DNA of 64,000 nucleotides, taken from assembly GCF_009914755.1 (NCBI RefSeq), contig NC_060926.1; one strand, 5' to 3'. Both the position numbers and the translations under genes were made by a program. A model generated the notes under the pieces. It searched no databases. It was not told where the DNA came from and saw only the letters and a list, made by a program, of their open reading frames with translations. Of this stretch, positions 60,986-64,000 are shown piece by piece. Position 1 is the first letter of the stretch, and the number at the start of each line of letters is the position of its first letter. Source of the stretch: the human T2T-CHM13v2.0 reference genome, Homo sapiens.

Positions 60986-61849
60986 GAATTTATTTTGGCA
61001 GAAGGAATATGATACCAGTTGTGAATTTGAACCTACAAAAGCAATAAAGAGACGTGGATAGGGTAAAGATGAAGGCACATATTAAACACATATTCTCCTT
61101 ATTTTTAATTGATTTCAAGAATAATGAGCTGTCTAAAGCGAAGAGAGTAACTATGTACTGAGTTTTGTATTACACATACAGCATTAAATTGTATTAGAAA
61201 TAGCTTACAGGATAGAAAGAAAATTACTATATTACAAGATTCATACAATCTGCAAGAAGTGGTATAATATCATTTGATAGTTCTTTATAGTAAGTTAAAT
61301 ACATTTATCTTTAAATATATAAAAATATATTAATAAAAACTAATAATAACTTAACATTGGAGATAGAATGAATTCATTAAAAAACCACAATCCAAAATGG
61401 CAAAGAGTGCAGATTAAAAGAGGCAAGAAAGACAAATAGAAATCAACTAGCAATGGTAGATAAAAATACAACCATATCAATATTAAAATATTAATAGTCA
61501 ATACAAATATAATGTAAAGTATGTATATGTCACACAACAAAACTTTAAAATTCATGAATTAAAAAATCATAAAATAAAAGAATTATTAGAAAAATTCACA
61601 ATTACTTTTTGAGAATTCACTACACTTTTTTCAGTGTTTAATAGAAAAAGTAAACAGATAAATGAGTAAGAATATATAGGACATATAGGATTTCATATGC
61701 TAATAGATAACTTTACCCATTTGACATTTTTAAGACACTTTATCCTGAAAAAAGTAAGATAGAAAAACAGTAAAAAAGAAAGATACTTTCTTTTCACATG
61801 TACATTGAATATTCACTAATATTGTAGCAGATTAAAAACACTCAACAAG

Positions 61850-62139
61850 TTTTTGTTTTTGGATTTTTTTAAGACATGGCTTTACTGTCACCCAGGATGG
61901 AGTGCAGTGGTGCAATTAGGGCCCACTACAGCTTTCACCTCCTGGGCTTAAGCAATTCCCCTCTTTCAGCTTCTTGAGTTGCTGGAACTACAGGTATGCA
62001 CTACCATGCCTGGCCAATTTTTATATTTTTTGTAGAGATGGGGTTCCACTATGTTACCCAACCTGGTCTTGAACTACTGGGCTCAAGCAATCCTCCTGCC
62101 TCAGCTTCCAAAAGTGCTGGGATTACAGGCTTGAGCCAC
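61850..62139 (-). mobile_element. AluJ, interrupted near its 5' end by THE1
   Basis: cctcctgggcttaagcaatt, ctgggctcaagcaatcctcc...ttgagccac|tgtattag. Confidence 0.9.
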
Positions 62140-64000
62140 TGTATTAGTCCATTTTCACACTGCTGATAAAGACATACTTGATACTGGGCAATTTATAAAA
62201 GAAAGAGGTTTAATGGACTTAACAGTTCCACATAGCCGGAGAAGCCTCACAATCATGGTGGAAGGCAAGAAGAAGCAAGTCACGTCTTCATGGATGGCAG
62301 CTGGCAAAGAGAGAGCTTGTGTAGGGAAACTCCCATTTTTAAAACCATCAGATCTCATGAAATTTGTTCACTATCATGAGAACAGCATGAGAAAGACCTG
62401 CCTCCATGATTCAATTACCTCCCACCAGGTTCTTCCCACAATGTATGAGAATTGTGGGAGTTACAATTCAAGATGAGATTTGGGTTAGAACCCAGCCAAA
62501 CCATATAATTTCATCCCCGGCCCCTCCCAAATCTCATGTCCTCACGTTTCAAAACGAATCATGCCCTCCCAATAGTCCCCAAAGTCTCAACACATTTCAG
62601 CATTAACTCAAAAGTCCACAGTCCAAAGACTCATCTGAGACAAGGCAAGTCCCTTCCACCAATGAGCCTGTAAAATCAAAAGCAAGTTAGTTACTTCCTA
62701 GATACAATGGGGGTACAGGCATCAGGTAAATATAGCCATTCCAAATGAAAGAAATTGGCCAAAACAAAGGGGCTACAGGTCCCATGCAAGTCCAATATCC
62801 AAATGAAGCAGTCAAATTTAAAGCTCAAAAATGATCTCCTTTGACTCCATATCTCACACCCAGGTCATGCTGATACAAGAGGTGGGTTAACATGGGTTTT
62901 CTAGGGTATAGCCTCTCTCCTGGCTGCCTTCATGTGCTGGCATTGAGTTTCTGTGGCTTTTCCAGGTACATGGTGCAAGTTGTCATCCACACTGCCCTGG
63001 CAGACGTTTTCCATGAGAGCCCTGCCCCTGCAGCAAACTTCTGCCTGCACATCCAGGTGCTTCCATTCATCCTGTGAGATCTAGGTAGAGGTTCCCAAAC
63101 CCCAATTCTTGGCTTCTATGCTCTGGCAGGCTCAAAACCACATGGAAGCTGCCAAGGCTTGATGCTTGCACCCTCTGAAGCCACGGCCAAGGTCTACTTT
63201 GGCCTGTTTCAGCCACGGTTGGAGTGGCTGGGAAACAGGGCACCATATCCGTAGGCTGCACATAGCACTGGGACTCTGGGCCCAGCTCACAAAAAACACT
63301 TTTTTTCTCCTAGACCTCCAGGCCTTTGATGGGAGGGGCTGCTGTGAAGACCTCTGACATGCCCTGTAGAAATTTTCCCCATTGTCTTGGGGAATAACAT
63401 TTGGGTCCTCATTACTTATGCAGATTTCTTCAGTGGGCTTGGATTCCTTCTCAGAAAATGGAATTTTCTTTTCCAGTGCATTGTCAGGCTGCAAAGTTTT
63501 CAAACTTTTATGCTCTGTTTTCCTTATGCCTTTAACAGGACCCAAGTCACATCTTGAATGGTTTGCTGCTTAGAAATTTCTTCCACCAGATAATCATCTC
63601 TTGGAAGTTCAAAGTTCCACAAATCTCTAGGGCAGGGGAAAAATGCTGCCAGTCTCTTTGCTAAAACGCAGCAAGAGTCACTTTACTCCAATTCCCAACA
63701 AGTTCCTCATCTCCATCTAAGACCACCTCAGCCTGGATTTCCTTGTGCATATTACTATCAGCATTTTGTTCAAAGCCATTCAACAAGTCTCTAGGAAGTT
63801 CCAAATGTTCTGCATTTTCCTGTCTTCTCCTGGGCCTTCCAAACTATTCCAACCTCTGCCTGTTACCCAATTCCAAAGCTGCTTTCACATTCCAAAGCTG
63901 CTTTTCAGCAGCACCCCACTCTACTGGTGCCAATTTACTGTATTAGTCCATTTTCATCCTGCTGATAAAGATATACCCAGGCAATTTACCAAAAAAAAAA
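62140..64000 (-). mobile_element. THE1B-like provirus: 3' LTR 62140-62508, internal 62509-63938, 5' LTR from 63939 (cut by the window edge)
   Basis: tgtattagtccatttt at both 62140 and 63939, and THE1-int ends with ccccactctactggtgccaatttac. Confidence 0.92.

Larger units (their letters stand above)
56440..61850 (+). mobile_element. Ancient L1M 5'/ORF1/early ORF2 region interrupted by MLT1C and L1PA
   Basis: Degraded ORF1-like segments (gggaatttcagcagagacatgaaa, gctgagaaaatttgttgcta) resume after 60990. Confidence 0.55.

Overview
This is primate (human or great-ape-like), AT-rich, gene-desert or intronic DNA that is mostly interspersed repeats. I see no host protein-coding gene, RNA gene, CpG-island promoter or CRISPR array. 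Nearly every ORF in the track is L1-, Alu-, LTR- or VNTR-derived. The window holds several layers of LINE-1: ancient L1M scaffolds with L1PA insertions nested in them, two of which have 5' inversions. It also has five full or near-full Alus plus fragments, MaLR LTRs (MSTD, THE1, MLT1), LTR8, LTR16 and a THE1 provirus that runs off the right edge. A ~10.2 kb minus-strand ERV1 provirus (LTR27/LTR28-like LTRs, tRNA-Pro PBS, gag relic, 4-bp TSD) carries nested L1 and THE1 inserts. The most unusual items are a rare SVA2-type VNTR retroelement with TSDs, a young L1 with a 34-bp TSD, a perfect 17-bp hairpin in the ERV leader, an Alu collapsed to ~115 bp with both TSDs kept, and a chimeric L1 with a diverged tandem overlap. 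I found no convincing evidence for a new biological system. Subfamily names come from my recall of consensus sequences and need RepeatMasker/Dfam confirmation.
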